A stretch of DNA of 32,000 nt. Source: Candidatus Methylomirabilis limnetica. Lineage in GTDB: Bacteria > Methylomirabilota > Methylomirabilia > Methylomirabilales > Methylomirabilaceae. Every line of letters starts with the position of its first letter. Position 1 is the first letter of the stretch. A program made the position numbers and the translations under genes. The DNA lies in NCBI RefSeq assembly GCF_003044035.1, contig NZ_NVQC01000013.1, positions 30,001 through 62,000 on the forward strand, written 5' to 3'. The notes beneath the pieces are model-generated. The model was not told the DNA's origin, did not search any database, and worked only from the letters and a program-made list of their open reading frames with translations. Of the stretch, positions 1-6,332 are shown piece after piece.

Positions 1-270
1 ATTGCACGGAAGCAGGTATCCGAAGCGTATCAGCGATTTGCCGACCACTTTGCAAAGCTCCTCCCGCAGTTTAAGCTCGTTGGTTTTTTCTCCCGCGACC
101 TCCTGGGGCATCGCCCTCAGTACCTTGCACTGTGGGAATTCTCCGCCTATGCGGATCTCGACGCATGGAACAATCTCTGGACAACAGACGAAGAAGGGCG
201 ACGGCTGGCCCGGGAACTGAGCGAACTCGCGCAAGACTGGGATGCCAAGGTGTTGGCCAAGCTCCTCTGA
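1..270 (+). CDS. hypothetical protein, C-terminal 89 codons (5' end outside window)
   Basis: Frame +1 is open from base 1 to TGA at 268-270 (IARKQVSEAYQRFADHF...AQDWDAKVLAKLL*). It is absent from the ORF track only because it has no in-window start. Composition is protein-like; no family recognised with confidence. Confidence 0.55.
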   Translation: MARKQVSEAYQRFADHFAKLLPQFKLVGFFSRDLLGHRPQYLALWEFSAYADLDAWNNLWTTDEEGRRLARELSELAQDWDAKVLAKLL

Positions 271-331
271 GACCGAGTTCGCCAAGGCTCCAGCAGTGCG
301 AGCCGCACCATCCAGTCAGGGTTCCTTCCGC

Positions 332-360
332 TTGACAAGCGCTGCACATTACCGTACATA
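332..360 (+). promoter_or_regulatory. candidate sigma70 promoter upstream of tRNA-Met
   Basis: TTGACA (332-337), 17-nt spacer, TACATA (355-360), about 55 nt upstream of the tRNA 5' end. Confidence 0.35.
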
Positions 361-413
361 CTCATCAAGAGTCGCCCCCCCGCGGGGGCGTGGATTTAAA
401 CGCGAGCTATCGC

Positions 414-490
414 GGCGGTGTAGCTCAGTTGGTTAGAGCACGCGGCTCATATCCGCGGAGTCACTGGTTCGAGTCCAGTCACCGCCACCA
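414..490 (+). tRNA. tRNA-Met (anticodon CAT); a lysidine-modified tRNA-Ile2 cannot be excluded
   Basis: Cloverleaf read by eye. Acceptor GGCGGTG/CACCGCC, D arm GCTC-AGTTGGTTA-GAGC, anticodon stem CGCGG/CCGCG with loop CTCATAT, T arm ACTGG-TTCGAGT-CCAGT, encoded CCA. 77 nt. Confidence 0.9.
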
Positions 491-520
491 AATTCAGCTA
501 TCAGGCGTCAGCTTCAGCTA

Positions 521-613
521 AACCCCCCTAACCCCCCTTTCTAAAAGGGGGGGGATATTCCTGATACGCCTCCGTGCCTCCCCCTTTCGTAAAGGGGGAT
601 TGAGGGGGTTTTT
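521..613. repeat. REP-like GC hairpins (CCCCCTTT-N4-6-AAAGGGGG type), two units
   Basis: CCCCCCTTTCTAAAAGGGGGGGG (533-555) and CCCCCTTTCGTAAAGGGGG+ATTGAGGGGGTTTTT (580-613). The same hairpin core recurs at 1174-1215, 5955-5995, 12036-12135, 16367-16447 and 25965-26010. Confidence 0.65.
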
Positions 614-665
614 ATCGGCCGTGGTGCGGCCGCGGCCGCATGGGGTGTTGCTCAGCTAACCGTGG

Positions 666-1082
666 TTACTTCACGGGGACGGTGAGTGGCTGGTCCTTTT
701 CTGCAATAGTGAACGCCAGGGCCTTGGCTGGCATGGTCGAGCTGAGGTTCTTCACGCGATGCACCTGTTTGGGCGGCTGATGGAACGTGTCGCCAGGCTT
801 GAAGGTGATGGGCGATTTCCCCTGGACCTCCAGGCTGACCGCGCCTTCAAGGAGATACGCTATTTCCTCCCCCGGGTGATAGTGGGACTGAGTCGCCGCT
901 CCAGGCGCGAACTCCACCAAAGCTAGTACACCTTCTTTCCCCTCAATCCCTGCCAGATCCGTCTTGAGGAGCACGGTACGCTTCATCGGCTCCTGTTGCG
1001 CATTCAAAGCCTGAGTCCCGATCACCCCCAGTGCGATCCCAACCGTCAAGGTCAAGGTAAGCAGCAAACCCATTCGCTTCAT
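666..1082 (-). CDS. secreted cupin-domain protein
   Basis: 138-aa ORF. N-terminal signal-like segment MKRMGLLLTLTLTVGIALGVIGTQALNA. Cupin_2-like core HYHPGEEIAYLLEG...KPGDTFHQPPKQVHRVKN. GGAGG Shine-Dalgarno 6-7 nt upstream of the ATG. Confidence 0.85.
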   Translation of the reverse strand: MKRMGLLLTLTLTVGIALGVIGTQALNAQQEPMKRTVLLKTDLAGIEGKEGVLALVEFAPGAATQSHYHPGEEIAYLLEGAVSLEVQGKSPITFKPGDTFHQPPKQVHRVKNLSSTMPAKALAFTIAEKDQPLTVPVK

Positions 1083-1137
1083 AATTCCCTCCTTAATTCC
1101 CCAGAAGAGCGTCTGTCGTGTCTATATCAGGCCGTAG

Positions 1138-1215
1138 GTCGGGTTAGCGCAGCGTAACCCGACAACTCGGAATCCTCCTCCCTCCTTTATGAAAGGGGGG
1201 TGGGGGGGATTTATC
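1138..1215. repeat. REP-like hairpins
   Basis: GTCGGGTTA-gcgcagcg-TAACCCGAC (1138-1163), followed by a CCTCCTTTATGAAAGGGGGG GC hairpin unit (1174-1215). Confidence 0.5.
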
Positions 1216-1312
1216 GGGGGTATGCCAGGTCCAGACCTCCTTTCCAATACGACAGTGGCCGCATGAACGCAGATATTTATGATGCATGGGTGGCCCCAGG
1301 GACCCCTGAGAA

Positions 1313-1594
1313 TCAATTATATTTTCTCTTTGTATTCCCTGAAGCCGGTAACCAATTGCCGGAAAGAGGTGGGTTTGTATTTCTCAAAGCTCTCTTCGTC
1401 CACGTAAACAAAGTCATCGTATAGAGCTGCTCGGTATCCACATCGAAATAGCCATGAGCCGGAACATCCCGAAGTCCCATGGCCACGCGCCATTGCACTT
1501 GCGGGTAGCGGGTAAAAAGCTTGCCCTCCGTTTGCTTATCAATATTCTTGAACTCCTCTCCGGCGGCGATCAAGATCCTACAGACGGTATCCAT
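1313..1594 (-). pseudogene. DUF86/HepT-type HEPN gene, degraded at the 5' end
   Basis: The ORF keeps ILIAAGEEFKNI and the R-x4-H motif (GLRDVPAHGYFDVD). The upstream in-frame sequence (ALEGIPRRCADISQPSDFSADDAG) is cut off by TAG at 1601-1603. The expected ATGA-coupled start at 1719 leads into a different frame. An alternative 3' frame reads more protein-like (LYDDFVYVDEESFEKYKPTSF). Confidence 0.55.
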
Positions 1595-1715
1595 ACGGTC
1601 CTATCCAGCGTCGTCGGCCGAAAAATCGCTCGGCTGGGAGATGTCGGCGCAGCGGCGGGGAATTCCCTCCAACGCCATCAATACGGTTTGCTATCTTTCC
1701 AATAACAAACCAGAA

Positions 1716-2051
1716 TCATACATAGATCGCCTCCCGTTCGATTCTGGCTTTTAGACGTGGATTCATGGTGTCTCGCAACCGAACGACGTCCACCGGATGA
1801 TTCAGGAAGGCTTCCAGATCCTGTTTTAGCATGGCGGTTATGAACAGATCGGGGCGATCAGTCTGGAAAACCACATCATCCTTCCTGATTCTATTCAGCG
1901 CTTCTCCAAGAATCTCGAACTTCCGCTCAACACCACTCCGGAGTAATTCATCCTGCTCATATTCGTCAAACGTCTTTCCACGGACGAACCGGAGAATGGC
2001 CGAAGCAGCTTCTCTGATATCGTAGAGGTACTTGAGGAGCTCATCCTCCAT
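1716..2051 (-). CDS. chimeric ORF: DUF86/HEPN N-terminal half fused to an MNT C-terminal tail
   Basis: The N-terminal half MEDELLKYLYDIREAASAILRFVRGKTFDEYEQDELLRSGVERKFEILGEALNRI is a typical DUF86 start, but no R-x4-H follows. The C-terminal HPVDVVRLRDTMNPRLKARIEREAIYV matches the C terminus of MNT proteins (compare KIDLLTVSGLRNPYFRRKVLKERMNIY in the neighbouring gene). Confidence 0.6.
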   Translation of the reverse strand: MEDELLKYLYDIREAASAILRFVRGKTFDEYEQDELLRSGVERKFEILGEALNRIRKDDVVFQTDRPDLFITAMLKQDLEAFLNHPVDVVRLRDTMNPRLKARIEREAIYV

Positions 2052-2337
2052 ATATGTTCATCCTCTCCTTGAGAACCTTGCGGCGGAAATAGGGATTTCT
2101 GAGACCGCTGACCGTGAGTAGGTCAATCTTGCACCCCAAGGTATCTTCGAGATAATGGAGCAGTCCGAAGAATCTCTTGGATGGGTGCAGATGGGGCTCC
2201 TCGAACTCAACGAGGAGGTCAACATCGCTTCCAGCAGTTCCCTCGCCGCGCGTGAGCGACCCGAAAAGGTCTAGCCTCTTTACTTTGAATTCCCTGCAAG
2301 CCGGCACTGCAACACTCTTAATGTCTTGCAAAGTCAT
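2041..2337 (-). CDS. minimal nucleotidyltransferase (MNT, antitoxin-type)
   Basis: LDLFGSLTRGEGTAGSDVDLLVEF signature. I prefer the ATG at 2337 (GGAGG 8 nt upstream) over the track start at 2439. The stop overlaps the start of the next ORF. Confidence 0.8.
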   Translation of the reverse strand: MTLQDIKSVAVPACREFKVKRLDLFGSLTRGEGTAGSDVDLLVEFEEPHLHPSKRFFGLLHYLEDTLGCKIDLLTVSGLRNPYFRRKVLKERMNIYGG

Positions 2338-2815
2338 CAATGCATCCTCCGAATCGACCCAGGCGCCCTGTAATCTAACTGTGTGGGCCGCTTTAGAGAC
2401 CGATACAGGCCAACGGCCTATCTTCAAAGGCGGCACCACTATTCACCGGCGAATTTGTTCGCAATATCGCACTCTTACCCCAACCGGTCAAGACTCTTCT
2501 GGCCGACAATCGCTGGTGGCTTCGGTGGAACGTCACGATATGCGGCATAACGCCCCGCATGAGGCGCGCGTCAGCGCGTCGCTCTCGATGCGCTCTATGC
2601 GATGTTATCAGAAAATGGGGTCTGACCCCAAATGCCTGTTCCGTTTCTCGTGAATCCCACAAAAGAGACTTGCGAATCGTGCGAAGGGACGTTACCCTAA
2701 AACAGCGATAGGGATGAATGAAAAACCTTGTGGGCCGCTCTGGGAGCGGATATAAAGGGGGTGAGCAATCACATTCCCTTTAACCCACAAGGTGAGGCCA
2801 TGGTACGACAAACGG

Positions 2816-2968
2816 ATGCTGCCCTTCAAGCTCGAACGAACAGACGAGACGCTGACCGCCCATGGTGGCCTCGCCCTGATCGCGGAGTTCACTCACGGCC
2901 TCGGGCTGCGGGCGCTCGTGGCATGGCACCTGCCGCACCCAGGGAGCGAGAGGATGGGCAACGCATGA
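2816..2968 (+). pseudogene. N-terminal stub (50 codons) of a DDE transposase (IS1380/IS4-like)
   Basis: ATG 2816 to TGA 2966-2968 reads MLPFKLERTDETLTAHGGLALIAEFTHGLGLRALVAWHLPHPGSERMGNA. The pattern (T-x-x-GGL-x-L-x-x-F ... LP-x-PGS) is as I recall it from the N-termini of IS1380-type transposases. No transposase body follows. Confidence 0.45.
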
Positions 2969-3153
2969 CATAATAAGGGGAGGAGTCTGTCTCAGAGCAT
3001 GGCATGCTGACTCCAGGAGGCTGCGTGGCAGGTGACCCCCTGCCAAGTGCCTCGCATATGGCGAGTCATGCCGGTCACCTGGTCGTAAAACGGCGGTGAT
3101 TGGCGTGCAGCGGTATTTCAGCAATGGCGATCTCTAGTTTTTGGGAACTCACG

Positions 3154-3845
3154 TGAACTTGCCTGCTGCCAATGAATGTGGTACGGTTATTGCCGTTGTG
3201 GGCGGTTATACGCTGCTGCTACCACGAATCAAATGGGCAGCGCTAGGGTAGCCTATGCGGCGTTACTCGATTTTTAGCTGAGACGGGTTGTAGTGGTCCT
3301 GTTCAGCTTTGAAGGAGTCCGGCGGATCAAGATGAAGGACGGTGGCGAGCATGACCCTCAAAGCGAGCCGGGGGTGCAGTGAACATGTCCGTAACAGAGT
3401 CATTGAAAGAGATCAGCGCCCGCTACAACCTTGGGGCGGTGTATGCCTTCGGTAGCCGAGCGACTGAAGTCGCCAGCCGGGTGTGCGGTGAAGCGACATC
3501 GCCGCAGTTGCCTGAGTCGGATGTAGACATCGGGGTGCAGCCTCTCCCTGGCCCCCGCCTGACGGCACAGGAGCGGGTCCGGCTCTCTATCGAGTTGGAG
3601 GATCTGCTGGGGGCGACCCGCGTGGATCTGGTGGTGCTGTCGGAAGCCGATCCGTTTCTCGCGTTAGAGGTCATTCGGGGGGAGCTCCTGTGCTGCACCG
3701 ACGCCGACGCCCAGGCAGAGGATGAGCTCTACGTCTTGCGGCGTGCTGGGGACCTGGCGCCATACGCCCGTGAGCGTTGGCAGTTGATCCTCTCGGGTGA
3801 GACAAGATGACTCCTGGGCAGTTGCACGCCAAGATCGTGGCGGAG
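3154..3845. repeat. segmental duplication, copy 1 (partner 13575-14268)
   Basis: Collinear by eye with 13575-14268 (offset 10421-10423). The copy contains a junction motif, a degenerate NTase 5' fragment, the MNT gene and the first 13 codons of a DUF86 gene. Confidence 0.9.
3379..3810 (+). CDS. minimal nucleotidyltransferase (MNT), now without a functional HEPN partner
   Basis: VYAFGSRATEV...PESDVDIGVQ signature. GTG 3379 or ATG 3385 start. 12 differences in 143 aa versus the ORF at 13802-14233. Confidence 0.85.
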   Translation: MNMSVTESLKEISARYNLGAVYAFGSRATEVASRVCGEATSPQLPESDVDIGVQPLPGPRLTAQERVRLSIELEDLLGATRVDLVVLSEADPFLALEVIRGELLCCTDADAQAEDELYVLRRAGDLAPYARERWQLILSGETR

Positions 3846-3854
3846 GATGAGTAG
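3807..3854 (+). pseudogene. 15-codon stub of the cognate DUF86/HEPN gene
   Basis: ATGA-coupled MTPGQLHAKIVAEDE*. It matches the first 13 codons of the ORF at 14230, then the homology breaks at 3846. Confidence 0.6.
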
Positions 3855-3860
3855 AGAGCT

Positions 3861-4739
3861 ATGCGCATTGGCGTAAACCCGCTCCCGCTGGTCTCGATCA
3901 TCACCCCTTCTCTCAACCAGGGACGGTTCATCCGGGATACCATCGAGAGCGTTCTCTCGCAGGACTATCCCAGGATGGAATACCTCGTCATGGACGGGGG
4001 CTCCACGGACGAGACCCTGGACATACTGCGGAGCTATGGGGACCGGATCACGTGGAGGTCGGGCCCTGATGGAGGTCAGGCCGCTGCAGTCAACTCTGGC
4101 GTTCACCTCGCCACAGGCGAGATTCTCGGATGGCTGAACTCCGACGACACGTACCAGCCTGGTGCCGTGACGGCAGCGGTTGAGCATCTCATCGCTCACC
4201 CGGAGACAGCCGTCGTCTACGGAGACGCCCATTACATCGACGAGCAGAATAGAGTGATCGGGATCTATCCAACAGAGGATTTCGCTCTAGACCGATTGGC
4301 CCACGCCTGCCTCATCTGTCAGCCGGCCGCCTTCTTCCAGCGCACAGCGATCGAGGCGGTGGGGGCGCTCGATGCAAGTCTTCAGTACTGTATGGACTAC
4401 GACCTCTGGATCCGGTTGGGACGACTATTTCCACTGAAACGGATCCCTGGATTTCTGGCCAACTCACGACAGTACCCGCAGACGAAGACCTGGTCGCAGC
4501 GAGATCGGCTCTTCACAGAGCTCTGCGTGGTGACACAGCGCTACTTCGGATTTACCTCTCCCCACTGGCGGGTCTGGCACGCCTATGCGCGACTCAAGGG
4601 TGTCTCCTGGCCGATAGCGCGATCGGTGCTATATCCAGTCAAGGCAGTGTTGCCGGAACGCGCCTCCCGGTGGCTCAGAGTGACGCTTCCGTTAGTGATC
4701 AACCGGCTGATCCCCTGGAATCTTCGCGCTCGGAGGTAG
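3861..4739 (+). CDS. family 2 glycosyltransferase
   Basis: VSIITPSLNQGRFIRDTIESVLSQDYPRMEYLVMDGGSTDETLDIL...WLNSDDTY. Paralogous to the C-terminal domain of the ORF at 29735-31672. Confidence 0.9.
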   Translation: MRIGVNPLPLVSIITPSLNQGRFIRDTIESVLSQDYPRMEYLVMDGGSTDETLDILRSYGDRITWRSGPDGGQAAAVNSGVHLATGEILGWLNSDDTYQPGAVTAAVEHLIAHPETAVVYGDAHYIDEQNRVIGIYPTEDFALDRLAHACLICQPAAFFQRTAIEAVGALDASLQYCMDYDLWIRLGRLFPLKRIPGFLANSRQYPQTKTWSQRDRLFTELCVVTQRYFGFTSPHWRVWHAYARLKGVSWPIARSVLYPVKAVLPERASRWLRVTLPLVINRLIPWNLRARR

Positions 4740-4742
4740 GCG

Positions 4743-4805
4743 GTGAAGCGGGTCCTCATCACCGGGATGACCGGCCAGGATGGATCGTACCTGATCAATG
4801 CTTAG
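4743..4805 (+). pseudogene. gmd: GDP-mannose 4,6-dehydratase, 20-codon 5' stub
   Basis: VKRVLITGMTGQDGSYLINA* starts 4 nt after the GT2 stop. ITG-x-TGQDGSYL is the characteristic Gmd N-terminus. Confidence 0.7.
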
Positions 4806-4884
4806 CACAAAAGACAGGAGAATAAGGAGGTTGACGAGGGATGGGAATGACCGTGGCGGCCCGTCGCCGCATGGAACAGTCTAT

Positions 4885-5055
4885 GGCATTGAGTTCCTGA
4901 ATGCCAATGATCAACTGACCGAAGACCGGGGTGCTCTCGTCGTCGAGCTGGAACTCGTTAAAGACGAACGTGGCTTTTTTGCCAGAACCTAGTGCCAGCG
5001 AAAATGTGCAGCGCACGAACTTTATCCGCGATTGGTGCAGTGCAATATCTCATGA
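4885..5055 (+). pseudogene. RmlC-like (dTDP-4-dehydrorhamnose 3,5-epimerase family) 5' fragment with an internal stop
   Basis: GALVVELELVKDERGFFART*CQRKCAAHELYPRLVQCNIS*. The DERGFF...LVQCNIS pattern is typical of RmlC-type cupins. TAG at 4990-4992 occupies the position where these proteins usually have Trp. Homology ends at the junction motif at 5051. Confidence 0.55.
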
Positions 5056-5097
5056 GTGTGGTACGGTTTTTGGCGTAGCATAGAGGGAAGTACACTT

Positions 5098-5397
5098 ATG
5101 GACCGAAGACAGAGCTACCTTGAACGCGTTCACCAGATCGTACTGCAGCACCTGAAAGGTCAGCCGGTGCGGGTGTATCTTTTTGGGTCCTGGGTTCGAG
5201 GTGACGCTCAGCGCACTTCGGACATCGACATCGCCATCCTACCATTCGGACCGCTCCCGCCCGGGCTTTTAAGTCACCTACAGGAGGCGTTAGAGGAAAG
5301 TTATGTCCCATATCCGATCGAGATGGTGGACCTCTCCCAGACCGATGTAGCCTTTCGCCGGCGAGTCATCGAGGAAGGAATTCTGTGGAGCGATTAA
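5098..5397 (+). CDS. minimal nucleotidyltransferase (MNT)
   Basis: VRVYLFGSWVRGDAQRTSDIDIAILP signature. ATG 5098 preceded by GAGGGAAG. The track start at 5056 lies inside the junction motif. Confidence 0.85.
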   Translation: MDRRQSYLERVHQIVLQHLKGQPVRVYLFGSWVRGDAQRTSDIDIAILPFGPLPPGLLSHLQEALEESYVPYPIEMVDLSQTDVAFRRRVIEEGILWSD

Positions 5398-5780
5398 AGG
5401 AACGAATTGAGGTAGCGTTCAGAGCCCTGATCACACTGGAGCAAGTTCTGCAAGAAAGCGCTCCCAGAAAGGTTGTACGCGATGCGGCCATCCAACGCTT
5501 TGAATACACCGTGGAAGCAGCATGGAAGGCAGCTCAGCGTTACTTACAGGAGGTGGAGGGTTTGAGATCGGGGTCTCCCAAGGGTGTTGTTCGGGCCTGT
5601 TTTCAGGTAGGGCTTCTAAGCGAAGAAGAGAGTGAACTGGCCCTCCAGATCATGGATGATCGTAATTTGACAGTGCATACCTACAATGAGCCTTTAGCTG
5701 AGGCCCTGTTTGCCCGTTTGCCAGAGCATGCCCGTCTGATCCGGCAGTGGCTGGAACGGCTCGCAGCGCGTGTGCAATAG
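5385..5780 (+). CDS. HI0074-family nucleotidyltransferase substrate-binding (HEPN-fold) protein
   Basis: RDAAIQRFEYTVEAAWKAAQRYL...MDDRNLTVHTYNE (R-N-x3-H-x-Y). GTG start overlapping the MNT stop by 13 nt. Confidence 0.85.
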   Translation: MERLKERIEVAFRALITLEQVLQESAPRKVVRDAAIQRFEYTVEAAWKAAQRYLQEVEGLRSGSPKGVVRACFQVGLLSEEESELALQIMDDRNLTVHTYNEPLAEALFARLPEHARLIRQWLERLAARVQ

Positions 5781-5910
5781 ACTGCCGGGACATCACCATG
5801 CATCTGCTGATCGTCGCTGCCAAGGCCGCTATACGAGCGAGCCATGAGGAAGATCACGCCGCTGCAAGGCTTTCGTATCATCCCGTTAGGCGATTACCTG
5901 CCGAGGCTTA

Positions 5911-6043
5911 GGAGGCGTCAACAATTAACATTTACATCTACCAAAGCAACAAACCCCCTTCATCCCCCTTTCGAAAGGGGGAAAGAGGGGGTTTGTACAT
6001 TTTTCGGATCATGAATATGTATATGTTATTCTTTGACGATGCC
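5911..6043 (-). mobile_element. 133-bp MITE-like element, copy A, flanked by TTA direct repeats
   Basis: Its reverse complement matches 25915-26047 with about 6-7 mismatches by eye. Imperfect 21-bp terminal inverted repeat (16/21). Long internal GC hairpin. TTA at 5908-5910 and 6044-6046. Confidence 0.7.
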
Positions 6044-6074
6044 TTACTCGCACATTTGAGCGTATCCCGAGATC

Positions 6075-6332
6075 GTGGCGGTCTATCTCTCTGTGGAGGT
6101 GTTCCAGATTCTGTGGGAGGCCGGGATTCTACCGGAGGAGTGTGTCCTGGTCCTTACCGGTGTGGGCCGTTTTCGAAATATCTTAGCCCATGTGTATATC
6201 ACTATCGAACTGGATAAGGTGTATGAGAACCTCCAGAAAGCCCAGAACAGATCAGTGAATTTATGCGGCTCGTTCAGCACTTTGTTGAAGAACAGGGGTC
6301 GCAGCAAGATCTCGCGTAAACGACGCGCTTAA
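6075..6332 (+). pseudogene. DUF86/HepT-type HEPN gene, 3' fragment with frameshift
   Basis: WEAGILPEECVLVLTGVGRFRNILAHVYITIELDKVYENLQKA carries R-x4-H-x-Y. In-frame TGA at 6057-6059 removes the N-terminus. After about 6240 a +1 frame reads better (SPEQISEFMRLVQHFVEEQG). No NTase partner is adjacent. Confidence 0.65.

Noticed and set aside
2177-2662. ORFs 2177-2653 (+) and 2393-2662 (-) in the region upstream of the minus-strand MNT gene
   Set aside because: One is antisense to the MNT gene. Both are Arg/Ser-rich with no motifs, and the region contains REP-like sequence (GGGGTCTGACCCC).
3729-4232. Long antisense ORFs opposite well-supported genes (also 8889-9383, 11366-11854, 12896-13573, 17626-18174, 19154-19888, 20268-20747, 21237-21683, 21937-22494, 23170-23742, 24153-24749, 24959-25573, 27162-27737, 29960-30565, 30605-30994)
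   Set aside because: They lie in high-GC DNA, have Arg/Pro/Gly/Ser-rich low-complexity translations with no recognisable motifs, and fully overlap strand-opposite ORFs that have clear family signatures.
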